Positions 55,890 through 64,000 of a stretch of DNA of 64,000 nucleotides are shown piece by piece. The notes beneath the pieces were generated by a model. That model saw only the letters and a program-made list of their open reading frames with translations. It was not told where the DNA came from and did no database searches. This DNA comes from an uncultured virus (IMG/VR IMGVR_UViG_3300035698_011514) (Duplodnaviria; Heunggongvirae; Uroviricota; Caudoviricetes). The position numbers were made by a program, and so were the translations under genes. Location of the stretch: IMG/VR virus record IMGVR_UViG_3300035698_011514. The stretch is one strand, 5' to 3'. Within the stretch, counting starts at the first letter, position 1, and each line of letters begins with the position of its first letter.

Positions 55890-58040
55890 TTACACCTTTT
55901 TTAGATGGTGGTTTCGTAGATGGGATGCGAAGGCTTCGGGTAGGTCTTCAAATCCTCGGATCGTGACGCAGTGTGGTAATCCTTCTGTGTGGGGAGAGAA
56001 CCCTGTTTGGCAGATATTGAGCAAGAGTGGCGATACCTGTTTGGAAGCATGTGCCCACCGCACCTTAAAGAGGTGAAGTGGGTCTCCGCTCCCATTACAG
56101 GCGTAATATGGCGCCCCATCCGAGATCAAGATCAGGTGCTTATTCTTTTCGGATCGGGACAGGAGTATTTGCAAAGCCTTATCCACAGCGTCACCAAGGG
56201 GCGTGTAGCCCTGCGGGTGGAAGCCCGCCATTCTGGCTTGTGTCTTGAGCGCGAAGGGTTCGTGGAAGTCTTTTGCCACGTTCAGGATGAGATGATCATA
56301 GTGTGTGTACCTATCGCCCCTCATGGGTTTCACATCAGACACCTGACAGGTAAAACCCACAACAGCGAAGGGTACATTTAGACTCTTGAGGATAGATCCG
56401 ATAGCGAGGAGAGAAATGATTGCAATATCCAAAACAGATGTCATGGATCCTGACAAGTCAAACATGATAATCACGCAGGACTTATCCGCTTTCTCCTGTG
56501 ACCTAATTTCAAAAGGTCTAGGCTTATTGGCATGAATCGTCGAAAGGCTTCGAGTTGAGACTTGGCGCCCGCTTGTTTGGTAGGGCTTGCGGACACTCTT
56601 GTCTTTGTTTTCAAGCATTGACACAAGAGGCGGGCGCAGCTTGGTCAAGTAGGGCTGCGCTTGAGGCATGTAAACCCTCAAGGCATTCTCATTCTCTCTC
56701 CCTTCGCTAATTTGATCTTTGACGCTTGAAGGCCGCAGAATACGGTTTTCGAGATGCCCCTTCTGGAACTCATGCTGGATATGTTTTTGGATATCTTTGT
56801 TGAAGCTGTCTGAAATATCCGTATCTACTTGTATATCTTTTTCTTCCATGTCAGACAGGCTTTTCCTACAATTACTGCCTCCATTCTTCGCAGGAGCGGG
56901 CGCGTGGTTTTCCCCATCCTCTTCCGTTCCCTCCACGTCTTTTCCATCTTCGTCAGGATCTACATCCCCATCGAAGTCACCGGGATCACCGTCACCGGGA
57001 TCACCGTCACCGGGATCACCGTCACCGGGATCACCGTCACCGGGATCACCGTCACCGGGATCACCGTCACCGGGATCACCGGGTTCCCCCTCACCTGAAT
57101 CCTCATCAGGATCACCGGTGTCCCCCTTACCGGGGTCCTCTCCATCGGAATCATCCTCATTGGACTCCCCTTTACTGGGCTCCCCTTGAGAGTCATCTTT
57201 GCCCGCATCATCTTCTTCTGCTTCTTCATTGCCGCTCGGTTCCTCCAGATGATCGAGCAAGAGAAAGAGCGCCTTCAGGGCGACGGTCAAAGTCTTGTAG
57301 GTATCGTCTGCTATCAGCGCCTCATGCAAGAGTGCCTGAGGATAGATGTCTTTGATCTCCTGCGGGCGCTCAGGCAAGTCTTTTAAATATATTAAAGATT
57401 TACAATGATCTCTTAGATACATTATTGAGTGAGCGCAGTACCATTCGGTTGTGCCTTCCACCAAATGCTGCACCACTTCTTCTTTCTTCCAGATATAGTT
57501 GTGGACGGACTGAAGAAGGTAGGGGGCACCGGGAAATCTGGCACATCCTTTACGCTCGATCATGACATCTTCAAAGACATTCCAAAACGTCTTGATGAGG
57601 GGCTGGACTTTCGCTATCTTTTCAACATCCCATAAGGGTTCAATGGCTTTGAATATCTTTTTGACGTTCGGAACACCTCTTAGCGTGTACAGGGAATGAA
57701 ACACCTCATGGAGCAACCCCCCGTCCAGAGCTGTCTGTATGTCTGTGGGGCTATCTGGTGGTATGGAAGGCATGAAGATTGTGTTAGGTGACTTTGACTT
57801 CTCGTAAGACAGGTTCACCTTCGCGTAAGCTTTTTCTACGACGTCTTCACTGAAGTTTATTTCTTTGGAGCGAAACACTTCTAAAGCGATACCAATGACA
57901 CGAAAGTCTGAGCTGTTGGCGAAGTCTCCACCGCCCACTTTCACTTTCAGATCGGCCTCGCGCGCGATGATGCGCGCGACCGTCCCATGCTGGCGCTCGT
58001 AATCCCCTACCCATTGGTTCAGGATCGTCTTCATCGCCAA
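55890..58040 (-). CDS. vWA-domain protein (CobT/MoxR-partner-like) with HExxH domain and acidic linker
   Basis: LLHEVFH; MIDAS DLSGSM, TP, ISDG. Confidence 0.85.
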   Translation of the reverse strand: MAMKTILNQWVGDYERQHGTVARIIAREADLKVKVGGGDFANSSDFRVIGIALEVFRSKEINFSEDVVEKAYAKVNLSYEKSKSPNTIFMPSIPPDSPTDIQTALDGGLLHEVFHSLYTLRGVPNVKKIFKAIEPLWDVEKIAKVQPLIKTFWNVFEDVMIERKGCARFPGAPYLLQSVHNYIWKKEEVVQHLVEGTTEWYCAHSIMYLRDHCKSLIYLKDLPERPQEIKDIYPQALLHEALIADDTYKTLTVALKALFLLLDHLEEPSGNEEAEEDDAGKDDSQGEPSKGESNEDDSDGEDPGKGDTGDPDEDSGEGEPGDPGDGDPGDGDPGDGDPGDGDPGDGDPGDGDPGDFDGDVDPDEDGKDVEGTEEDGENHAPAPAKNGGSNCRKSLSDMEEKDIQVDTDISDSFNKDIQKHIQHEFQKGHLENRILRPSSVKDQISEGRENENALRVYMPQAQPYLTKLRPPLVSMLENKDKSVRKPYQTSGRQVSTRSLSTIHANKPRPFEIRSQEKADKSCVIIMFDLSGSMTSVLDIAIISLLAIGSILKSLNVPFAVVGFTCQVSDVKPMRGDRYTHYDHLILNVAKDFHEPFALKTQARMAGFHPQGYTPLGDAVDKALQILLSRSEKNKHLILISDGAPYYACNGSGDPLHLFKVRWAHASKQVSPLLLNICQTGFSPHTEGLPHCVTIRGFEDLPEAFASHLRNHHLKKV
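56976..57080 (-). repeat. 7 x 15-bp perfect tandem repeat encoding GDPGD
   Basis: (GTCACCGGGATCACC)7. Confidence 0.95.
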
Positions 58041-59125
58041 GCTCCTTCCGTGTCATCAAGACAGGGGAGTAAGATACGGCGCAAGATTTCCCGCTGCTCC
58101 GGATCGAACCAATCCATCCAATCTTTCGCCGCGTGGCGGATCATGCCAACCTTTTCCATGTCTCTCTCGTTCCAACGTTCTTGGACGTCTACGAGAGATT
58201 GACACCAATTGACGATGCGTCGATGGGAAAAAGACCCAAATATTTCCCCTTTCGCGATTGCATCTCGAATGAGTCCAGCACCGTGGAGCATCATGCTTAT
58301 AACTTTCTTTGGAAGAGAAGGGAATCTCTTCACAAGAATCTCCAATTCCTCTTCCTTATTAAGGAAAGGATAGTGGACCACGACATTGAAGCGGTCCAAG
58401 ATGGATTCATCCATTTGCTGCGAAGTTGCGTAGAGGGACGTTGAATCCCCTCTCCCGCTTGAATTCGCTGTTGCAATGATCTGTGTGCCCGGAAATATCG
58501 TGATCGTTACTTTCAACTCCGGGACGAAAATGCTCTTAGCATTATCGTCCATGGCATGACGGAATATCTCGTGATAAACGGGTGGTGCGCGATCTATATC
58601 ATCCATGAGGATAGTCACAGCCCGCTTCACCCCGTCCTTCCCTTCGCGGCCTTCGAAATCCAAAAGAAGCGGCCCCTTCTCGAATCGCGTCACGGATGCT
58701 CCATTCAACTCTTCAATTACCGTTCGCCCCAGATACAGTTCGGGATCCAGAGACTCACGCATCGCATAGTGAGAGCATTCGCGGTTGAAGTCGAATCCTA
58801 AGGCTCTAAAAATCGCGCTCTTTCCACTTCCGGCGTCACCATAGACGAAGATATGTCTTCGCTTGGAATAGGCTCTTGCGACGCGCGTAGCGGCTTCCCC
58901 GCTTGCGGCTTTTGCGGGATACTGGTAATAGGCTGGTAGGAGAAATTTGTAAAAAACCTCTCCTTCGTCTGCCCTGTACTCGTCTTCCCCCACAAGAAAA
59001 GTGATGGGCAGACGCTTGGATCCTTTCTTCTCTATTTTCTTCCCCTGTTCAAAGTGGGCGTGTATCGCTTCTTCTAAGCTGTCCTGATCCAAACTCTTTG
59101 TATCATGCTTCAGTTGTTCAATCAT
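58031..59125 (-). CDS. MoxR/CbbQ/CobS-family AAA+ ATPase
   Basis: GDAGSGKS, ILMDDIDRA, IATAN..G.G, LDRF, S.RR; start uncertain (frame open to 59302). Confidence 0.85.
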   Translation of the reverse strand: MIEQLKHDTKSLDQDSLEEAIHAHFEQGKKIEKKGSKRLPITFLVGEDEYRADEGEVFYKFLLPAYYQYPAKAASGEAATRVARAYSKRRHIFVYGDAGSGKSAIFRALGFDFNRECSHYAMRESLDPELYLGRTVIEELNGASVTRFEKGPLLLDFEGREGKDGVKRAVTILMDDIDRAPPVYHEIFRHAMDDNAKSIFVPELKVTITIFPGTQIIATANSSGRGDSTSLYATSQQMDESILDRFNVVVHYPFLNKEEELEILVKRFPSLPKKVISMMLHGAGLIRDAIAKGEIFGSFSHRRIVNWCQSLVDVQERWNERDMEKVGMIRHAAKDWMDWFDPEQREILRRILLPCLDDTEGAWR

Positions 59126-59221
59126 ACTTTTGGACACGCTAGACCTCTTTGAAGTAGGATCATCCCTAGCACCATACGCATTAAAGTCTAAAATAACTAC
59201 CCCCAAATTAAAGGAACCCCC

Positions 59222-60127
59222 ATGCGCGCACCATATCCCTACTTCGGCGGAAAAAGTAAAATCGCTCCTCTCATATGGGAGCGCTTTGGGAAGATTCGGC
59301 ATTACGTCGAACCTTTCGCGGGATCGTTAGCCGTTTACCTAGGCTGTCCAGAAGGGGTTCACCCCGCGAACACGACGCTCAATGACCTTGATGGGTATAT
59401 TACTAATTTTTGGCGCTCTGTGAGATCACGCCCTCTCGATGTGGCAAGTCACGCAAAGAGACCTCGATCTGAAATAGACATGGTCGCCTGCCATGGGGAG
59501 ATCCAGAGGAGACGTGAAACCTTGACCTTAAACCTTATGCGCGATCCTTATTACTGTGATCCCGAACTCGCGGGTTGGTGGGTTTGGGGTATGTCTGTGG
59601 CGATAGGAGATCGTTGGCTTCAAATTTTTGAAGATCCTGAGCCTTTCCGCTCCGCCGCACCAAAGCTAGAAACTTCGGGTGTGTTCTCCGTGTATTCGGG
59701 AGGGCTTGAGAAGTGGATGCAAGATTTGGCTGCTTGTCTTGTGGAGTCGCGCATCTTGTGTGGAGACTGGAAGCGGTGCGTTACGGATGGCATTCTGTAT
59801 TATCGAGATTGGGATACGGGCATATTTTTGGACCCACCTTACAAGGGGGAAGGTCGCAGGAAAAAGATTTATAGTTTTGACCTCGCAGATGAGGTCGACC
59901 TTCATAAAGAAATACAAGATTTCTGTCTCGACACAGGGACGAACACGAAGATAGCTGTATGTGGTTACGAAGGGGATTTTGAGTTCCCGGAAACATGGGA
60001 ATGCGTGTCGTGGAAATCTAACGGCGGCTACGCTAGTGATGGCGCGGGGAGAGAGAATCGAGATAGGGAGCGCATATGGTTTTCTCCCGCCTGTCAGAAG
60101 CCTGATAAGACGCCTAGCCTGTTCTAG
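59222..60127 (+). CDS. DNA adenine (N6) methyltransferase, D12 class
   Basis: PYFGGK, YVEPFAGS, NDLD, FLDPPY. Confidence 0.9.
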   Translation: MRAPYPYFGGKSKIAPLIWERFGKIRHYVEPFAGSLAVYLGCPEGVHPANTTLNDLDGYITNFWRSVRSRPLDVASHAKRPRSEIDMVACHGEIQRRRETLTLNLMRDPYYCDPELAGWWVWGMSVAIGDRWLQIFEDPEPFRSAAPKLETSGVFSVYSGGLEKWMQDLAACLVESRILCGDWKRCVTDGILYYRDWDTGIFLDPPYKGEGRRKKIYSFDLADEVDLHKEIQDFCLDTGTNTKIAVCGYEGDFEFPETWECVSWKSNGGYASDGAGRENRDRERIWFSPACQKPDKTPSLF

Positions 60128-60132
60128 ATTGA

Positions 60133-60162
60133 AAAGCCCGCTTAGAAATCTAAGCGGGCTTC
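60133..60162. terminator. bidirectional intrinsic terminator
   Basis: AAAGCCCGCTTAGA-AA-TCTAAGCGGGCTTT between convergent genes. Confidence 0.85.
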
Positions 60163-60169
60163 TTTATTA

Positions 60170-61099
60170 TCAGCGTCCTAGAGCTGCCTCAATCACGTCG
60201 CCCCACTTGGCTTTCAAATAGGTCCGGATCTTGGTGACTAGATAATACACGGATCGCTCCGTGTAAGGCTTGAGAGACGTGCCCTCAATAAATGTTTTGT
60301 TCAGAGCCTCAACGAGTGGTATCGTCACCGTCTTATTGTTTAGGACGATCGTGATTGGCTCACGTCCAATCTGCACTGCGTTTTCAACATCAGGATTCTC
60401 AAGATAGGCTTGCCAGATCATTCCCAGCGCGGGGTCTTGCTTCTCCAGATCTCTTCGGATCGTGTCTACCATGCTCTTGAGATCTGTGCGTAGCTCATTT
60501 TGATCAGATTTGTTCAAGCCCTGAAGGTCTACGATGCGTTCTGAGAGTTGCTTCTTGTCTTCACCTGTACCCGTATCTTGCAGCGACTTACCTTGCTGGT
60601 TCACGACCACATGGCGGCTTTGCTTTCGCATCCATGAAGATCCCAGCTGGAAAACACGATTCTTGACGAGCTTGACGATATCCAAAGGACTGCGCCCCGT
60701 GGCGAGGTAATCCGAACATATCTGCCCGATGTCACCATGACCGAACTTGGAGCCATTAGCACTATCCGTACCCGTCACGAGCGATGTGACGACATGGGAA
60801 AGCATATCGTCAAAATCTTCTTTAGATAAAGATCGTGACTTCGATTGAAAATCACGAAAGACCTTCATCGTCGAAGTCATGATCTCGTGCCCCCAATTCC
60901 AACCCAAACTCGTGTCTACTTTGTGCGTAGTTAGAATTGAGTTGAACAAGACTTCAATGTCTCGCTTCGAGTAGGAGTCATTAAACGCCTTCTTGAAGAA
61001 CCCGCGCACTGCTTTGACAAATCTTACGTTCAGGGGGAAAGACGCATAGACGCGCTTGCGTTCAGCATCAATACGAGCTACGACATTTCGATTCGGCAT
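60170..61099 (-). CDS. hypothetical protein, weakly sigma-factor-like
   Basis: GGAG RBS; EDFDD.LS.V...L ... WMRK..R ... SLQD spacing reminiscent of sigma regions 2-3. Confidence 0.6.
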   Translation of the reverse strand: MPNRNVVARIDAERKRVYASFPLNVRFVKAVRGFFKKAFNDSYSKRDIEVLFNSILTTHKVDTSLGWNWGHEIMTSTMKVFRDFQSKSRSLSKEDFDDMLSHVVTSLVTGTDSANGSKFGHGDIGQICSDYLATGRSPLDIVKLVKNRVFQLGSSWMRKQSRHVVVNQQGKSLQDTGTGEDKKQLSERIVDLQGLNKSDQNELRTDLKSMVDTIRRDLEKQDPALGMIWQAYLENPDVENAVQIGREPITIVLNNKTVTIPLVEALNKTFIEGTSLKPYTERSVYYLVTKIRTYLKAKWGDVIEAALGR

Positions 61100-61290
61100 C
61101 AGGATACTCCAGCCTCAACGGGCGCTTGTGGAAGAGATACGATAGCATCTGTGGGGGGGTGAACGGAAAATTTGCTTGCGGCTCTTAAGTTAAATACCCG
61201 TAAGCATTTCGCTAGACATTATTTCCCCTTGACTAGAAGGGAAATTTCATCCTAAAGTTTGGAAGTTATGATCGCCATAACGTCTATCTA

Positions 61291-61650
61291 ATGCAAAAAT
61301 ATAAAACATCTTCAAAAAGAGCATTCACGATGAATACAACCCATATGAAAGCCTACTTTGAATCCTCACAGAAGACTATTTTTACTAAGAGGGATATGAA
61401 GGCATACTTTGAAGATCAGGGTTTTGCAAAATATAAGACCTTTCAGTCTCTCCAGAGCAGTCTGCGCAAAGACGTGACGAGCGCCTTTATTTTGGAGCTA
61501 GATGCAGACGTGTATTGCTACCCCCAAAAAGAAACCTCTGCCGAGAGAGCCTTGCCTACGTTGGACGCCGACTTTTCGGTATTCTTGACAGGGGAATGGC
61601 TGCGACTTTGGCGATCCTATAATAGGCTACAAGATAGCAAATCGCGGTGA
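61291..61650 (+). CDS. hypothetical protein
   Basis: Preceded by TTGACT-N18-TAAAGT (61229-61258); MKAYFE repeated twice; start uncertain. Confidence 0.5.
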   Translation: MQKYKTSSKRAFTMNTTHMKAYFESSQKTIFTKRDMKAYFEDQGFAKYKTFQSLQSSLRKDVTSAFILELDADVYCYPQKETSAERALPTLDADFSVFLTGEWLRLWRSYNRLQDSKSR

Positions 61651-61655
61651 GTCTG

Positions 61656-62045
61656 TCAGCAGCATCGACTGCGCTCGCATGGATTGAAATAAGAAGGCGT
61701 ACAACAATTGTCTGAGCTGCTCGGTCCTCCTCTGACAATCTGCAAGAAAAAAGCCCACCAAGCGTCGTAGGAAACTCTGTAACAATGTTGAGTCATTAAG
61801 ACCGTATTCTGTTCACATACAAAATAATCTAAAGTGCATCGGGAAAGATTCGCGGCGACAACTAGTTTCCGCACGATCGTGTTGGTCGCTGGATTGCCTG
61901 ATATATAGTATTCTGAGTTTACGATTGGACCATCTTGAATTACCATATCTGGTAGCTTCATTGAAGATATCGTACCCATTGTGCTAAAACCTTGAGTGAT
62001 TGAGGCTGGAAGCCCCGGCAATGCAAATGGCGTAGCTATCGGCAT
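61656..62045 (-). CDS. hypothetical protein
   Basis: AAAGGGGG RBS; TTTATAAAT upstream. Confidence 0.55.
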   Translation of the reverse strand: MPIATPFALPGLPASITQGFSTMGTISSMKLPDMVIQDGPIVNSEYYISGNPATNTIVRKLVVAANLSRCTLDYFVCEQNTVLMTQHCYRVSYDAWWAFFLQIVRGGPSSSDNCCTPSYFNPCERSRCC

Positions 62046-62102
62046 GATACCCCCCTTTATACCCATGTTCTTATAGACCTATTTATAAACAGGAGATTTC
62101 TA

Positions 62103-62738
62103 ATGTTTAACATGCAAGCTGATCCGGATCGTCCCGGCTACGTCACGCCTTATGCCATAAATCACCTTCTCACTTATGTGGAAAAAGAAGGTCTGGACTT
62201 CAAAACCTATTACAAAGATGAAGGGTATCCTTGGGTTTACTGGAAGATGTTGTATTTTTTGGTGTGCTTCTGGGACAAGCTAAGTCCCGGATTTCTTGAA
62301 CACTTTAACACAAGAGTTTCTAACGCATCTTCCAAAGAGATCCTGTTCCCTTCCAGAGAGACACATGGAGACTGGACAAAGATCAACGTGTACTCTACAT
62401 TAAGACATGAACTCGTGCATATTCGAGATGCGCGTAGATTTCCAATTCTCTTTCAGCTCTCCTACACATTACTACCCCTCCCCGCTTTGTTTGCTTATTG
62501 CCGCGCTGATTGGGAGTTTCGGGGGTATGCACAAAACATGATTGCTTCTTACAATCACCACGGTGTCATCGAAGATTCTCAGATAGAATTCATCGTAAGC
62601 AAGTTTAGTGGGTCTTTGTATTTTTGGATGTTTCCTTTTACAAAGACGATGCGCCGCAAGGTCAAAGCTCTAGCAAAAGACATCGAAGAAGGAACCGTTT
62701 ATGGCTACTATCCAAAAATCCATATCTGGCAGTATTGA
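62103..62738 (+). CDS. putative zincin metallopeptidase
   Basis: AGGAG RBS; LRHELVH ... WE.RGY. Confidence 0.65.
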   Translation: MFNMQADPDRPGYVTPYAINHLLTYVEKEGLDFKTYYKDEGYPWVYWKMLYFLVCFWDKLSPGFLEHFNTRVSNASSKEILFPSRETHGDWTKINVYSTLRHELVHIRDARRFPILFQLSYTLLPLPALFAYCRADWEFRGYAQNMIASYNHHGVIEDSQIEFIVSKFSGSLYFWMFPFTKTMRRKVKALAKDIEEGTVYGYYPKIHIWQY

Positions 62739-63216
62739 CACATCCTCACAGTCTTATTTAGAATTCGCCCGAAGAATCCTTAAACCTACATTTGAGACTT
62801 CCTACTGGAAAGCTAGATGTCTGACGAAAGGGTTTCACGGCGTTTTTTATCAGGTGCGCTGTGGTGCCGACAACATGCCGCAGCTATCAGCTTACCCCTT
62901 TTGGTCACACATGACGGAGGACATGCGTGGGGACTTCCAGAAAAACCTTAAAGATATAGACCTCGATGCTGATATCTTGATTCTATCTCTCTACGCGACT
63001 TTGAATCAGGATCCGCGCACGCAGCGGGAACCGAGGTCGCGTCATAACTATGTGTTAATGTTTAGGAAAGACTCTTTACACTTTGGGTATTACGACTCGC
63101 CCATTGCAGATCAGGTTCATCTGAAAGAAAACTTGAAAGAGCATCAGAAACTAATTTCGCAATCCCTCCACAATTTTTTTGAGCATTTCCCTCTCGCTGC
63201 GTATGAGGATATGTAA
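62701..63216 (+). CDS. hypothetical protein
   Basis: AAGGA RBS; colinear. Confidence 0.55.
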   Translation: MATIQKSISGSIDTSSQSYLEFARRILKPTFETSYWKARCLTKGFHGVFYQVRCGADNMPQLSAYPFWSHMTEDMRGDFQKNLKDIDLDADILILSLYATLNQDPRTQREPRSRHNYVLMFRKDSLHFGYYDSPIADQVHLKENLKEHQKLISQSLHNFFEHFPLAAYEDM

Positions 63217-63505
63217 GAAGCACCAGACCCTGAACGCTCTTCGCGCACTCTCTGACGACAAGAACAACGAGCGCGCACGCGCCCTGATCCCCACCGTGCG
63301 TAACCCGCAGGTTTGTGACGGGAAGATCATGGAAGACGTGCCCTCCTCCTCCTCCGACGCGGAGGATTACCGCGTGGTCATCCATCTCGGCTCGCAGCGG
63401 CGGCGATGTGCGTGCGAGGCGCATGTAAGGTTCCGCCAGCGGGCGTGCATGCACGTTCCGGCGGTGGGCATGGTGGTGAAGAACGTCTTGAGCCTCCTGT
63501 CTTGA
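63203..63505 (+). CDS. SWIM zinc-finger protein
   Basis: Y.V.I......CAC........ACMHV (CxC..CxH); start uncertain. Confidence 0.6.
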   Translation: MRICKKHQTLNALRALSDDKNNERARALIPTVRNPQVCDGKIMEDVPSSSSDAEDYRVVIHLGSQRRRCACEAHVRFRQRACMHVPAVGMVVKNVLSLLS

Positions 63506-63575
63506 CATGAGGGGGAGGGGGTGCTAGGAAAGATCGGGCCAAGAGACGGCTCGCTCTTTTTTTTTAAGGAAGCAC

Positions 63576-64000
63576 ATGCAGATCGACTTGACCAAAGTAG
63601 TGCGGGATGAAGTGGGCAAGAGTATTCAAAAAGCTCTCGCCCAAGAGATGCCCAAGATGCTCGCCGCCATTCAAGCTGAAGCGATAAAAGCACTACATCT
63701 TCAGGTAGAGCGTGAGCCCCCTTTGGACGAGGAAGAGTCTTGGGATATCTTGATGATGTATCCATGTGTTGAGTTTCCCTACGTCACGAAGTCTTTCCTC
63801 TTGAGCTTGCTACAGGATCAAGGATTGATCCATAGCTCCGATCTTGAGAGGTTTTTTCTCAAGTGGAGAAAAGAAGGAAGGCTGGAGCTGGCGGGAGATC
63901 GTGTCACGTTTGATATGGAATACAATTCTCTGAGCGCAGAGGCTAAGGGCATCGGCACTTCGGAAGTACCCGAAATAGGGCGTGAATCGTTATCCCATCA
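63576..64000 (+). CDS. hypothetical protein, runs off the window end
   Basis: AAGGAAG RBS; MQIDLTKVVRDEVG... open to 64000; TTGACA-N17-TAGGAA upstream (63502-63530). Confidence 0.65.
   Translation, partial: MQIDLTKVVRDEVGKSIQKALAQEMPKMLAAIQAEAIKALHLQVEREPPLDEEESWDILMMYPCVEFPYVTKSFLLSLLQDQGLIHSSDLERFFLKWRKEGRLELAGDRVTFDMEYNSLSAEAKGIGTSEVPEIGRESLSH

Noticed and set aside
59126..59302. Genuine antisense overlap between the AAA+ ATPase and the adenine MTase
   Set aside because: The N-terminal extension looks like a shadow of the MTase start; an ATG at 59125 removes the overlap.
1..64000. Stop-codon reassignment, tRNA genes, reverse transcriptase/DGR, integrase or transposase
   Set aside because: Conserved genes are full length in the standard code and end in TAA, TAG or TGA; no cloverleaf, RT or recombinase motifs were recognised by eye.

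Overview
This window is a segment of a large tailed dsDNA phage genome (Caudoviricetes, probably a jumbo phage). Genes use the standard code and lie mostly on the minus strand. From about 0.6 to 28 kb is a head-morphogenesis module: large terminase, portal, prohead protease, an acidic/basic repeat scaffold, a likely decoration protein, a short HK97-fold major capsid protein and many hypothetical head proteins. It is interrupted by a C5 methyltransferase and a plus-strand trio (Dps-like, zincin, J-domain). From about 28 to 52 kb is a transcription, replication and recombination module: sigma4-like protein, NusG, DnaX, HolA, HolB, DnaN, primase core, split SbcC plus SbcD, a PD-(D/E)XK nuclease, RecA, RuvC, an SSB candidate, RecD2, NrdB, NrdA with a Gln-terminal intein, and a KhpA-like KH protein. 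From 55.5 to 64 kb are a MoxR-type AAA+/vWA pair, an N6-adenine methyltransferase and small accessory genes. The most striking element is at 52.8-55.5 kb. A ~1.5-kb tract with no credible ORF is bounded by a sigma70-type promoter and an intrinsic terminator, and is packed with local and long-range helices that mostly favour the minus strand, which makes it a candidate very large structured ncRNA. It lies beside an origin-like symmetric region (GC-skew flip, 38-bp inverted repeat, iterated G-rich units) and shares an exact 19-nt sequence with both arms of that inverted repeat. All product calls come from motif recognition by eye; no database searches were run.
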